64,000 nt of DNA, taken from NCBI RefSeq assembly GCF_009914755.1, contig NC_060931.1; one strand, given 5' to 3'. The position numbers and the translations under genes are program-made. The notes under the pieces are model-generated. The model had not been told where the DNA came from. It was given only the letters and a program-made list of their open reading frames with translations, and ran no database searches. Origin of the DNA: the human T2T-CHM13v2.0 reference genome, Homo sapiens. Of this stretch, positions 1-13,956 are shown piece by piece (the stretch's first letter is position 1; every line of letters starts with the position of its first letter).

Positions 1-56
1 GAAATCTGAAAATACTTCTAAGTCCCAAGCATTTCGAATAAGGGATACTCAGCCTG
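1..56. mobile_element. Tigger4/Zombi (MER46-like) terminal inverted repeat end
   Basis: ccaagcatttcgaataagggatactcagcctg followed by TA. Confidence 0.65.
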
Positions 57-579
57 TAATAATATATGGTTACATAGCACAGAAAATAGGAACCTGACTT
101 TGAATCCAGGCCATTTGATTTACAGAGCCACCGATAGCAATGTACTCTATACCGGTTCTAAATACATACTGTAACTCCCCAAGAGGTTAAAAATGAAATA
201 AAAGTTTAGAATATACACATATACCAAATATATACCAAGTACATAAAGTTTTAAACTGAACTTTGATAAGAGAGTTTGTAAAGTAAAAGGGTGGTGGTCT
301 CTGTGGGATTCTAGAAGTTTCCTGATGTAATTAAGGGTACACAGCCCTGGCTCTTCTGGGTGGCGCAGTTATTCCCAACTTTGTTTCCCATTACCTGGAG
401 AAAGTTTGTCCAGACCGTGGCTTCTAGAAGGACAGGTAGCAGCTCCCCAATCTCCTCCATCATCACTGTAAGTGAAGTCAGGTTCAGCCCCCACAGGCTC
501 TGCTCATGGAGTAGGCCACCATTCCTTCCTACCACAAACCACATTTCTCGGACTGGAGAAGGGATTGCAGCACGCACGT

Positions 580-3500
580 TCATGTTAAAATGTGAACTTT
601 AATTGTAAAAATCATTTTCTGTAAATATAGTTATATCAACCTCTCTGCACACAACTTGGTTCAGATATATACAGATATGATATTCATAGATGTTATTTGT
701 ACCACAGAACAAAATCAATTCAAGAAACATTTACTTTTAGCTTCAGGATTAACCCCAGCTTTCTTTAGGCCTTAAAATTACCACCACTGGAAACAGAGAG
801 AGAGCACGGCATACCTGGGCACACCAGTATTCAGGGCAAAATCTATGCAGTGTCTTACTAATTTCATACTATGAGGTAAAGACCCGAAACAAAAATAGAT
901 TCAGTCTCTCGTATTGCTATAACTCTTAGGCTGGGGTATTAATCAAAATAGGATTTTTACATTTAAGGCGACAGGGAGGCTATGCTGATTCTAACTCAGA
1001 AAGAAATGGGAAAACAGTTTTTCTAAGGCTACAACTATTTGTTTAGGCTTATTTTCCCGGACCTATACAAAAATTCAGTCAACAAGTTTTGGGTAAATAA
1101 AGGAAATTCATTTTGCTTTCCTCTGCTCTGTCCCTGAAGTCACTCATCCAGGTTGGCTGCTCAAACACCAAGAATCTCCACCATTCTTCACTTGACAGTC
1201 TTTGTGGACACGTTAGACCCAAACTTTTTTTTGTATAACACCATCTTAAAATTTTTTAGTATACTTTATCTTTCTTTAGTTTACCCAAAGGAAGGAGTTT
1301 TCACTCTAATGTCAATATATTTGCAACCATCCAACTCAAAGACCTCTGTGTCGACTGTTCACTTTGTGGATCATCTCTGGCTCATTTAAAACATCCTGCC
1401 TCATCCCCACATTCGCTGACTGGCCTTAGAAAGCAAAGTAAATTTATTGTTAGTCTAAATAAGCATTCTATAGCAAACATAAGTAATTCACACCTGGCCT
1501 ACTATGAAAATTAAATTTTCTGAATTTAGATCATATTAGCTCTAAAAGCCCCACAGTATGCTAAAAATCGAAAATAAATTCTAAAAAGAGGAAAGCAAGG
1601 CTTTTGTCTCCATCATCATTTCTTTATATAGCACTAGAAAATTCTTATTCCCCTTCTAAATTTGCAATTTCATCCAACTGCCCCTAAATTCTAGTTCCAA
1701 AAACAAATTAAAGTGCCAGTTATAACACTACCTCCCACTCCCACCTCTCTCAAGAAAGAGGCCTAAAAATAAGAATGATGACATTTACCCTTTTTTGTAC
1801 TAGAGCTTTACTGAAGGTTGGTATTTTTATGTCAACCTTCCTAGGACTGTCAAGTCTGCCTCCTAAAGAGCGCTGTCAGGATTTCATAGCACAATCTCCT
1901 TATTCACTCTCCAAATTATTTACATAGTAAAACTTCTATGGGGTCTCAGCCACCACCAAATTACAAAACTGCCCATTTCTTCTAGAATAATAGTTTTAAA
2001 ATTTCCTTCCATTTCAGTATATGCATACTCAGTTCATCACATAGTAATATCAATAAAAAAATAAACTTCCATTTCTTATAAGAAAAACATTAACTTAATT
2101 CACAGTTAGCCTTTTCCCACAACACTCAATACTCCAGTAGCTTCTAGGAAGAGAGGTATATTAGTGATAAAAATGGAATATTAAAAATCCATGACTTGGG
2201 AGTAAACGGAGCCCTTAACTCCTCCTCTCCCCCTACCTGAATCACAAAAGGGTTTTCCTGAAATGAGAGGGGATGGGACTGGGGTCAGCAGGATTCTCAC
2301 CTCGGTCTAACTACAAGGTACGGGGAGAAGACAGGAGGGCTGGCCATTTGGCAGAATCCAAGCCTACTAGCTTGGGATCTACTAGGGAGATAAAAGCCCA
2401 TGCCTGGCATATTGGTCCCCATTCTAATTGTCTTGCCCATGTTAGACCTGTCATCACACTAAGGCAAGTCCACTGCCAAGCTGAGCATTATCCTATTTTA
2501 TTCATCCACCTGCCCCTCCTCCTTTACCTCTGCAAGGTTGACCTATACAGGGTCTGGAGAAAGCATCTCAATCCATTCCCTGGGCTATACAGTTTCGAAG
2601 GGAAATAAATGGTCCCTCGGGTTTCTGCCTTTTCTCGGAGGGTTGATGTCCTAAAACTGAAAGCCTAATTCATTACTGTCCTTTACAAAAGCTTCCCTGA
2701 AGGCCTCAGTTTAAAGATGAGTGATTTCATCTTTTACTGTGTTTGAAGGGCTTTCAGTGCATCAAGACTGAGAGCAAATTCATCCTCATAGCCACCAGAA
2801 GGAAAAACAATGATTTAGCTAAGATTTAATTTATCTTCTAGCTAAAGTGTCATCGGTAGTCACATGATCAACAAATGTTCACATGTGGCATCTGGAAGCA
2901 TGTGCACCTGTGTGCTATCTTAACTTTCTTGTCTTGACTTTAAAGTGGAACAAAACAAGGTAAGTTATAGATGCAAGTTCCTAAGCTAAATTACTTCTAT
3001 TGATACATCAATGATTTCAGCTTCCCTCCCCCTAACCAGGTGGAAGCACAGATGCTATAATGGATGATGGATATGGAAGGCAAAAGCCTTCTAATTCATT
3101 GCAATCATAATTTACTGAGGACTGTACAGGTCCCAGGTGGGACACTGACACTGGAATGGTCTCTACCAGGCATAGGGAATGGTTCGTGTTTAAAGGCCAA
3201 GCAAATTCTAAACACATAATTTGGGCCATACTTTTAGTCTGGTAGGGGATAAGCCCTACCATTTCAAACTCCTTGTGGAGAGTCCTAAGCCAGGGGCCAA
3301 CTGGACATTTTCCCAAAGGCTGGGCAGTATCATCTGCTGAGCCTACAGAATTGAAAATGCCCTCTTGAACAGGCCTTTGTCATATTTTGCATGGATACCA
3401 ACGAGCCCCAAACCTGAATTCCACTCCCACCTGGAACTTCTTCTGACTTATTCAGGAACAACAGGGCAGCCCAGCCAGCATCTCAGGTCAGCAATCATTT

Positions 3501-6500
3501 CCAAACTGGCACATAGTTCATTTCACAGTGTGGCATGAGATCAGGCTGACAGCTTCACAGGAGAACTAGGCCTGCTCAGGCAGGCGAGGGCTGAGGCCCG
3601 GCAGGAGATGGTGGCAGAAGGTGTCACACCACAGGTATCCAACCCTCCTCCAGGAGGCCGGTGGTCATCATAATGCCCGCCCCTAAAGAGCTTACAGACC
3701 TAGAAGTCTGTGAACGATGTTCAGCACTTTCTTCTGAACAAAAGCAGATGGTTTCTCAGAAAATATTTCAAGACTGGCAGAAAAGCAGGTCCACATGGCT
3801 CCTAGCTTCTGCTGCCACTGTGGAATTCCCTAGTAGAGAACTGGTAGCAAAGGATCCTAGGTTGTGCCTGTTAATCTGTCATGTTGGGGAGCAGAATCTG
3901 GCATAGAGCAAGGCTTCGAAAGGTGATTTCCGAAGCCACAGGCTCCACTTCATAGCCCAGGCAAGACATACTCTGAGGATGCTCAACAGTGGCAAAGGTA
4001 ACTGAAGAGATAAAGCACACGCTGTTCAGCCAAGCAGAGGCTCTGCACAAGATTTCTGGTCCTATGAAGAAGCTGGCAAGGTAGGGAAGGACCAATTTAT
4101 TGGAATCTCTCTTAAAGGGAGAAGTTCTGCATTGGGGTCAGCTGAGCCCAAGGCCCCTATGACCTGAAACATGGCACTGCCTCACTGGCACGTTCTCCTC
4201 TGGGGCCACCCATACCCTGGCCCTCTGCATGAGCAGGAGGGTGGACACGTGGAGATGTGAGACAGAAAGCTACCGAGACAAGCACAAAGTTAAGGGAACC
4301 CAGAAGCCCTGACTCACCATTCAAAGGAAAAAACAGGAACTTCATTCTCACCCTGCTATGTTTACACCAGCACTTCTGAGCTTGCAGTTAAAACTGCAGT
4401 GTTTGCATATAGAAGGCTCAGAGCAGAAATGCCTCAAACAGCTCCTTCCGGCAGATTCCCTAATTCCAGAAAAAGGAGGTCTTCTTGTGTCCTCTAGGAG
4501 AATCAGACCTTTCCTTTCACTTCTACTCCTGCCTCTAACCACCTACCCCCAGCTTAAAACACCCTGAACCTCAGGATACCACGAAAAATAACCATTACTT
4601 GACAGAAAGGACCCCTCAACCCTTGAGAGGCAAGAAGAGAGGGTTGCATGTAAAGGAGAATAAAAGGTGAGGCTTCAACCTCGAAACACAGATTTTTTTT
4701 TCTTTTGTAAACATACACATTACTGAAATGACAGCAACCCACATTGCAGAGGAGAAAAGTCTATTAGCTGTACAGTTTACATTTCAATGCCCAAACTTAT
4801 TTATATATTTACATAAAGATGCTACCTTGATTAATCAATGTCTATTTGCATTTCCACATGTGAATTTCTTCAGTTTTGATATTCCATATGAAGGAGCTAC
4901 AGTGAAAACACTTTTGAATAAAGCAGTGAACCCTAAGAATCTTATCTTGAGATGAGATGTGTGAACCACCATTTGAATGTTATTTCTCCCTGCTGTGTAC
5001 ATTAGTCTGGCTGGGTGTTGGTCACAGACATGGATGCACTGACGGCTATTCCCATAACCGAGCCAGGCGGGAAGGGGGAAAAGGAAGACATTATTTGTCA
5101 CCAACAACCCAGTATCCCAAGTCAAAATTCTCAACTATGGCCAAAAAGGCCTAAACTCGACCCACAGGAACTGGCTTTCTAACTGGTTGACAAACACGTA
5201 AGCTGCCCTCCTGCAAAAGCCAACCAGAGAACAGGCAGGTGGCAACAGGACCCAGCCTAGAGCAGAGCACTTCAGAAGAGGATGGATAAATCCATCAGGG
5301 ATGCTCAGGGCTTCCTGACCACTGTCCCGGGTGAAGGCACTGCCACATTTTCTCTCAACAAATCTGTTATGTCCCTGGATCCAATTATTTAGCCTAAGGA
5401 ATGTCACCTCTGCTAAAGAGAAGTGTGTTTGTGAGGGGTCCAAAATGATAAACCGTCTTGTTAGCATCATGCTCCACCCTCTGAGTTAACCAGCTCAGAT
5501 CCTTGCTAGATTTTGGAATCCAGTAAATCTGTGTTGACCCAGAGGTGCTGCTGCTAATGCCTCCAGAGAATTCGTGTCCAGATGAAGAGACTTAGAGTGG
5601 CTTCTCCATCCTGCTCGAACTTCAATTGCTCTATCCTCCGGTAGTCCAAACTTCAGCCTTTAAAAATACCCAACTTACTCCAAGAGCATTATTGAACCCT
5701 TAAGAGACTAAACTGGAAAATTAATTTGCTTGCAAGCTCCAAGGCCAGCATTGGCCCTTAGCAATTCACCAATTCATCCCAAGAAGAGGAAGGTTCAGAC
5801 AAAGAGGAACATTACATTGCATGGCCACCATCAAGTTACTTTGAGGAAGGTTTCCAGGCTTCATTCTATAATTTTAGTTTTCAGCTCACTGATAAGCAAC
5901 CTCTTTCATTCTGACCATAAGATAAGCTCATATTTGGTGTCAGAAACATCCTTTTTTCCCTCTTTGTGGTCCCTACTCAAGTAAACAGAGAAGACATAAA
6001 GTTGCCCTAATGAACAAGAAAAGGGATTTGATCCCAAGACTATAGACTCCTAGAACTACTAAAAACCTTAAAAGATCATCTGGTCTAGTTTCTGCCTTTA
6101 GGCAGATGAACATCTAAGGCCACAGGGGACAGGTGGTTGTCTTATTCTCAAATACATCAAGGGACAAAGACCACACAGACTTTCTGAACAGTCCATCCCA
6201 ATGTTTCCAGAGCTCAGCCTACTCCTAGTGATACAACTCCCATGACCAAGCCCAGAGGACCAGCAGCTCTGGGAGAAAGTGGCAGATTCCAATATCCTAA
6301 CATGGCAGGACACAAAACCAAGGTGATCTCACCTTATCTCTAGGGAAAAGGGCAGAAAGGAAATTGCAAAAATTATGTTTGTTGGAAAGTATAAACAATA
6401 TTCCTTTGTGTCAACTTAATAAAAAATGAGGCCCTCTGGGGCCCTGGGGTGAACTCCGGGCTGCTGACATCCCACGTGAAGCGGCTCCCAGTCCTGTTGG

Positions 6501-6506
6501 CTCCTC
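580..6506 (-). other. DENND11: DENND11 long 3'UTR (~5.9 kb)
   Basis: Largely repeat-poor sequence after the stop; several minus-strand polyA signals; AU-rich distal part. Confidence 0.7.
598..603 (-). terminator. Probable distal polyadenylation signal ATTAAA of DENND11
   Basis: Plus-strand tttaat at 598-603; position fits my recollection of a ~45 kb gene. Confidence 0.55.
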
Positions 6507-6702
6507 CTACGGGCAACAGGGGTTGTCGATAACCAGCATGACATCAATGCCATAGGCCTCCAGCAGGTCCAGGAGAAAGCTCCGGTCTCCTTGGGGGTCT
6601 AGGCCCATGCCCCGGGCATGCTCTGCTGTCAGAGTTTTGTCTTGACTGGCAGACACCTCCAACAAAGTCTGAAATATCCGGTTGTTTTGTTCTAGGAAAA
6701 AC
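6507..6702 (-). CDS. DENND11: DENND11 exon 9 coding part ([10 protein letters not shown]...IDNPCCP*)
   Basis: Acceptor tgcAG; TAG stop at 6509-6507; 196 nt. Confidence 0.95.
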
Positions 6703-8023
6703 CTGCATTTGGAAGACAAGACACAGGAAAGGAAGCGGGGGGGAATAAAAAGCTCACCAGATAATCCACATATGGGGAACCAAAACTATACTGTTTTGTT
6801 TAATGTACTTTTCAGTGGATTCGCAGGTATCTTTTAAAAAAAGAAAAGAGTAAAAGTTAATTATTCAAGTGCTACTAAGGTTAGCAAAGAAACCATTTGG
6901 CATTAATTATGGTGTGATTAGGGAAATCTCTAAGCAAGATGGCCTGTCAAAATCCATTTTCCTGTTGAGGGAAGTGACCTGGGTTTAAACACAGCCTGAG
7001 AAGAGGCCCCCAAACACTGCTTTTCTCTCTTTCTGCTTAGTCATAGGAGGAAGCAAAAATTCAACAACAACAACAAAATGAACGTGAGCCAACGTTACCC
7101 TTGGGTGTTTGCTCTCCCTTGATGACTCTTTGGGAGGAGTGAGATTATGCACAGATCAAGATTTAAAAGTCACTGCTTTAGAGTGCTTTATGAACAAACA
7201 AGCTCTGTTCAGGACAGGGTTCACTGCCTAGTTAGACTAGACAGTCCAGCCCCATACAGCTCTCAGGTTGGCAAAGTGCCTGGTGCCTGAAGCGGCCCTC
7301 GGTGCTCAGGAATTTCAGACACAGTGGCACATGTCATACCTGGATGAGACTATGGCTGTGCTCAAGTCTCAGATACTTTCCACCTAAACAGGATGTAGGT
7401 TTTAGGAAGTCCACTATTAGAATCAAGGTGCTACACCTTTGTAGAAATGCCCACATTAAGTTTTCAGCATCAAACCACAACCTCACCCCTGGAAGACCAA
7501 ACAGGAAGCTGGGAGAATTCAGTTGATGCCACAGAAGGCTACTTCACCCAGCTGTCTAGGAATGAAATCAGTACTGTGAGGTGGAAAGGCCCTGGCTTCT
7601 GCACCTACGGGGCAAAGAGATTTCATTTGATTCAAGAATTAAAATTTCAGATTATCCCATAATATTCAGCGCAAGGAACTACTCTATTCAAAGGAGGCAA
7701 TGGAAATGAGAAGTCCCTGAGTCCTGAGGGACAGACAGAGCTTCCAGGCAGTGGACATCCTCGATGTAAAAGCCCAACAAGGAAAGAAACACTAAGACTC
7801 CTGTTTTCTCTTAAGGGACCTGCTTCTTTCCCTAAGTCTTCTGGGTTCCCCCTAATGGCATTTCAGGGCTCAGGTTTGCCTCTGTAAGGAGCCTGGCTCT
7901 AAGTGCCCTTGGCAGCAATAAACGGCATCCCTGGCCCGCAGTGAATGACATGGGAGGGATGCAGGTCACTCAGTGCCGAAGGGATCCTCAGGGAGACTCC
8001 ACATCCACGGCCCCAGGACTCAC

Positions 8024-8092
8024 AGCACGAAGAGGTCCTCTTCACAAGGGTTGTAGTCTTCTTCTACTTCCTGGGAGTACAACAGCATCTGC
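8024..8092 (-). CDS. DENND11: DENND11 exon 8 ([23 protein letters not shown])
   Basis: Not in the ORF track; found by hand. Acceptor cccaacAG, donor CT|GTGAGT, 69 nt, keeps frame between exons 7 and 9. Confidence 0.92.
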
Positions 8093-8755
8093 CTGTTGGG
8101 AAGATCACCGTGAGACTCTGGTGCAGGTACCAGGACCGCAGTCACAGGTGAGGCCTCAGCCAGGCATCTTCAATGGGCCACCACCTCCCAGGAAGCAGCA
8201 CCAGCCAGGAAAGGGATCAACAGGGTTTGGACTCAAAATCCCTGGGGTCCAGGGCCAGTTCTGCCCCCGGTAATCTTAGGCAAGTAACAATCTCCTAGTT
8301 GTCTATCAGAAGGGGATGATGATGATGATAATACTTATTTCACAGGATCACCAGATTATTGACAATGACATCAGATACATATAAGCAAGCTTCTAATACG
8401 GCGACCAACACAATGAAGGTGCTCAGTCAAGGTGCTTCTAAGCCGCACACACAGGTACATCTAAAGGTCACGTGGAGAGCAGCTGGCAGCTAAGGTAATT
8501 TCCACAGATTCCAAAGTCCATGAGAAGAAAGAAACCAGCACCGTGGATCTACTCCCCTCCTATCAGGGCAGCATACAGGGAGCCTGGCCTCTTCTACTGC
8601 GGGGCTTCCCTTCATTTCCATCTCCATCCCAGGCAGCATGGAGACTGGGAGAAATGTGTCAGGGAAGGGGCAGAAGACAGGCTTTGCAGAGACCCCCATG
8701 CTGGAGCTGCCCTGAGGAGGGTGGAGCCCCTGGTTCTCCCCTTAGCTGCCACTAC

Positions 8756-8906
8756 CTCTGCTCATTGAGCCGGCGGTACTTCTCCCTGTCAGCACTGTTG
8801 ATCTTCAGCAGCGGCTGCAGGTGGTCGTGGTGTGTCTTCACATTCTGGTTATCCACGTAGACGTCATACAGCTCCCGCTTCTCCTCGAATATCTTCTCTG
8901 TGGTGC
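8756..8906 (-). CDS. DENND11: DENND11 exon 7 (TTEKIFEEK...RRLNEQR)
   Basis: Acceptor ttccacAG; donor AG|GTAGTG; 151 nt. Confidence 0.93.
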
Positions 8907-9038
8907 CTGTGGAACCCGGGGTTAGAGAGGTGGGAACCCACCCGACCCCACTGGGAAACAAGGCGCCCAGGAGCCCTGTGTCTGGGAGGAGCAGGGCTGG
9001 GACCTGAGGGCAAGATGAGGGGAGGGCCCCGTACTCAC

Positions 9039-9170
9039 AGGCCACATAGGACACCTCTACCTCCAGGCTCTCGATGTCAGCCACGTTCACGTAGAAGAAA
9101 GGTTTGGACTCAGGAATGGTGCCCCCGATGCCAGGCAGTGAAACGTTGGCCAAGCAGCAGCAGCAGTACA
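9039..9170 (-). CDS. DENND11: DENND11 exon 6 ([10 protein letters not shown]...EVSYVAC)
   Basis: Acceptor ccccacAG; donor T|GTGAGT; 132 nt. Confidence 0.95.
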
Positions 9171-10138
9171 CTGTGGGGACAGAGGAGGTGAGCGGGGAGG
9201 GTCTGCCCCTCCACAGCCCTTCCTCCCTCGGAGCCTGCGGCTCAACACCTCTGCTCCAGGCTATCTGGTGCTTCAGGATCCAGGTGGTCCTGGCGTTCTG
9301 AGGAGACTGGAGGTGGCAAGCCTTTTGGGGTGCCATGGCAGAAACTGACCCCTCAAGGTGACGTCAACAACGTGCTTCCCAAACCCAATAAACATTTCTC
9401 AGTCTTTCTCTAGCTGGTCTTGCTTAGAATTTGACCTTGTCAGAACTCCGGCCTCTGTAACCCTTGTGTCTTCCGGTTCCCCCTTCTGCCTGTCCCTCCC
9501 TAGTCCTTTCTGTCCTTCCACCTTTCTGGTCCACTTCCTGTGGCTGGAACACCCCTCCACACTTGTACTTTCCCCAGGTAACGCTGTCCATCCTGGATAT
9601 GAGTGCAGAAATAATCTACCACCCTCAAATCTTTATCTCCAGCTCAAACGCCCACAGGTCCCGACCCAGCTAGGCAGGGTGGGCAGACACCCCTGCTGTG
9701 AAGGTCTCAAGGCAGCACACCCTCATCACATCCCACACTAACCTTATCAAGCCAGCCCCCGGCTCCTCCTCCGTCCCCCATCTGGTGGCCCCACCACCCT
9801 TGTTATCCTAGACTCTGCTTCCACTGCAACCTCACACACATCAGAACCTTTACAACCCAATCAGACAACAAGTTTTGTCCAGTTTCTCTTAAATCCATCT
9901 AGAATGCATCTTCTCTGCTTTAATCCAGCCCTAATCTTTGGCCAGGCCACTGATGTGTCATCCAACCCATCTTCTACATTGTCAACAGTGTTCACAGCCA
10001 ATCAGTTCACTCCCGGGCTTAAAACCCCATCCCCTGGATGTGGCCCAAGCTCTTCCAAACTTGGTCAGTGACAGAAAGACTCAAGCAGTTTCTGCTCCAG
10101 GGATTTAAGCAGCACTCCTGACTCTGGCTTCTGGTTAC

Positions 10139-10277
10139 CTCTATAGCACACCACGCCCACAGGTGGGGGAGAAAATATCAAAATGCGCTTTCGAAGTAAG
10201 GCAAATTTCCAGAGGATGAGGATCTGTTCTCCAAAGAACTTTATAAACTGAGACATGCAGCCAGCTGGGTGTGTGAT
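10139..10277 (-). CDS. DENND11: DENND11 exon 5 ([10 protein letters not shown]...[20 protein letters not shown])
   Basis: Acceptor ttttttcAG; donor G|GTAACC; 139 nt; cDENN-like '[10 protein letters not shown]'. Confidence 0.95.
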
Positions 10278-10784
10278 CTGAAAAAATTGAGGGGAATAGG
10301 GAGGAGAAAGAGTGAGGAACAGCTTCTTAGAAATATAGCAAAAGGTATCTAATCTCCTTCTCTGAAATTCTAAAGTCCATCCAAACAGATACATTAAAGG
10401 ATGCTTATTTCCACACACAATGATGTTTTTCACTTTAAAAGTCTTACCTTTAAACTGGATTTCTATAATACAACAGCTCCCTGATACACTGATGTTTGAG
10501 TTGAGTGATCATTATTTTACTCAGGAGAACAATGCAAAGGAAACAAAGCTAAATTTAAATTTTAAAAAACCAGAATAAAAGCATCTGCTTCAATAAGAAA
10601 ACTCAACTCGAAAACATTACTAAGCACTGTTAAGTAATAACATGATGAGCAAACAGTCCCCAGTCAGATCCCAAATCTATGGGGGCTGCTACTGTGCAAA
10701 GTGAGGTGTCTGCAGAAGTCACAGGTAGGAAGGAGCCCCTGGCATAACCCCTGCTGCACTTCACCTCTGACCACTCTTCCTTCT

Positions 10785-11072
10785 TTTTTTGAGATGGAGT
10801 CTGACTCACTCTGTCACCCAGGTTGGAGTGCTGTGGCGCGATCTTGGCTCACTGCAACCTCTACCTCCTGGGTTTGATTTTCCTACCTCAGCCTCCCAAG
10901 TAGCTGGAATTACAGGCATGCACCACCATGCCCGGCTAATTTTTGTATTTTTAGTACAGACAGGGTTTCACCATGTTGGCCAGGCTGGCTTTGAACTCCT
11001 GACCTCAACTGATTCGCCCACCTTGGCCTCCCAAAGTGCTGGGATTACAGGCGTGAGCCACCACGACTGGCC
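10785..11072 (-). mobile_element. AluS element
   Basis: Full-length Alu; TSD CCACTCTTCCTTCT on both sides. Confidence 0.92.
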
Positions 11073-11139
11073 CCACTCTTCCTTCTGTCACTAACTGGCA
11101 ACCCCTGAATTGCCTTCTAGGAACACTGAGCCAAGGAGT

Positions 11140-11345
11140 ATCATAGGGGTTAAGAGCATAAGCTCTGATCCCAGGAAGAACTGAATTCCAATCCTGGCCC
11201 TGCCATTTACTAACAGGGAGATCTGGGGAAAGTTAGCTAATGTTTCCGGTTCACTATCCTTAACTGTGAAATACGGAATCATCACCTACCTCGTAGGGTT
11301 ACTTTAAGGACCGCCTGAGACAAAACATGAAATAGCACATAAAAA
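11140..11345. mobile_element. MIR
   Basis: Degenerate MIR core (ccctgccatttactaac...ctgtgaaatacgg...agggtt). Confidence 0.6.
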
Positions 11346-12148
11346 TAGCCAATATGGGGTGGCCACTACTGTTGCTTTGAAAAACAGAAAGGCTTCAAAC
11401 CCTGGGCCTTTGTGAAAGGTCATTTCCATGCCAAAGTGCCAGAAGAAAGAGCTCATCACCCAGCAGGGAGGCAGGCAAGAGCACTTCTGAGAGAGGCACC
11501 GACTCTCGGGCTGCGTGCTAGGGTTTAACAACCACCAGCCTTCAGAGGCACCTACACCCGAGCCTCAGGGCAGCCTCTGCACTCTGCCTGTCCAAGCCAG
11601 GGCTGTCCTGGACCCTCCGAAGCTGCGTCTGCACTACCCGGAGAGGATTTCCCTTTCCAAGGCATCACTCCTGCACTGATACCATTCCCCTACCCCATGC
11701 CAGGATAAAGGCGACCCTGCACTGAACATGTCCTGTTTGCCACCCATGCCTACTCCTCTGCCACCGCAACCCAAATCATGAGGAGGAGAGGCACCAAGTG
11801 ACCAAGGCTGGTTGCATCCCTCCAATCGCTATTTCTCTTCAAAGTCTAACAGCAACCAGATAGGAAAGGGTGCCAAAGCACACGCCGGTTCCTCCCAGCT
11901 TTCCCACTGGTTATCTTCAAGCTCCCAACTTGTTCTTCCACCACACAGAGGCCAGGCAGGGCTTGCCCAATGTATATTTTATAGGCTAGTGGGAGAAAGC
12001 GATTAAAATATAGCCTGACAGAGCCATGATGGGAGAAGAACGGGGCTTGGTGGAGCAAACTGGAGGGTGCCTGATCCCACTCTAGGAGAGACAGAAAAGA
12101 CTTCCTGGGGGAAGTGATGTTGAAGCTTCGACATAAAGATGAATCTGA

Positions 12149-12457
<309 letters not shown>

Positions 12458-12855
12458 AGATGAATCTGAGGGAAGGTGTTCACATACAAAGGCCTGCAGG
12501 TAAGAGGCAACATGGCCCTTCTTGGGACCTGCAAGTAGTTCAGGCCCTGTGCCCAGGCCCATGCCAGGGAAGCACTGCCCACAGGGCCACCTCCTTTCTT
12601 CTAAAAGGGTCAGCTCTAGAGACTTCTCAGCCCTTCTCACCTGCACATGCAACAGAAATTCCTCCTGCTTTCATTGAAATCTCTTTCCCTTTTTCCAGCC
12701 TTGTTTCTCTGTGGCTTTTACAGAGAAATCTCTTTTCTTGATGTCTCCAGTGCGTACCTTCATGTTTTCCCTCCAACCTTTCAAGTCCATACTCCATCCT
12801 CTTTTCACTCCAATTTCTTTTTACTCCCTAACCACTGTCAGTTCAGTGTCCATAG

Positions 12856-13392
<537 letters not shown>

Positions 13393-13451
13393 TAAAGCTT
13401 TTCTTTATACGTGTGTTCATGTTGTAAAAATTCATTGAATTATATACGTAT

Positions 13452-13660
13452 GATTTTTGAACTTATTTCTATAAAGTTTTATATTTCAATAAAAAGCTTA
13501 AAGATATATATATATTATTTTCCATACATGACAAGTATTGTATCATATATACTATTTTTGAACTTATTCCTATAAAATGTTATATTTCAATAAAAACTGA
13601 CAGATATATTACATTATTTTCCATCCATGACAAGTATTATTATATCATACATGCTATTTT
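13452..13660. repeat. ~100-bp diverged tandem duplication, AT-rich
   Basis: tttttgaacttatt..tatatttcaataaaaa..ttttccat.catgacaagtatt occurs twice. Confidence 0.85.
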
Positions 13661-13956
13661 TTTTTTTTTTTTTTTTGAGACGGAGTCTCGCTGTCGCCCA
13701 GGCTGGAGTGCAGTGGCGCAATCTCGGCTCACTGCAGGCTCCGCCCCCTGGGGTTCACGCCATTCTCCTGCCTCAGCCTCCCGAGTAGCTGGGACTACAG
13801 GCGCCCGCCACCTCGCCCGGCTAATTTTTTGTATTTTTAGTAGAGACGGGGTTTCACCGTGTTAGCCAGGATGGTCTCGATCTCCTGACCTCGTGATCCG
13901 CCCGCCTCGGCCTCCCAAAGTGCTGGGATTACAGGCGTGAGCCACCGCGCCCGGCC
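13657..13956 (-). mobile_element. Young AluY (Ye5-like)
   Basis: CpGs almost all intact; variants GGCGAGGTGG, GGGGCGGAGCCTGCAG, GACAGCGAGAC; perfect 17-bp TSD TCATACATGCTATTTTT. Confidence 0.9.

Noticed and set aside
1-580. 3' end of neighbouring gene AGK
   Set aside because: Expected just upstream from recalled locus order, but no AGK coding sequence is visible; the plus-strand AATAAA near 197 alone is insufficient
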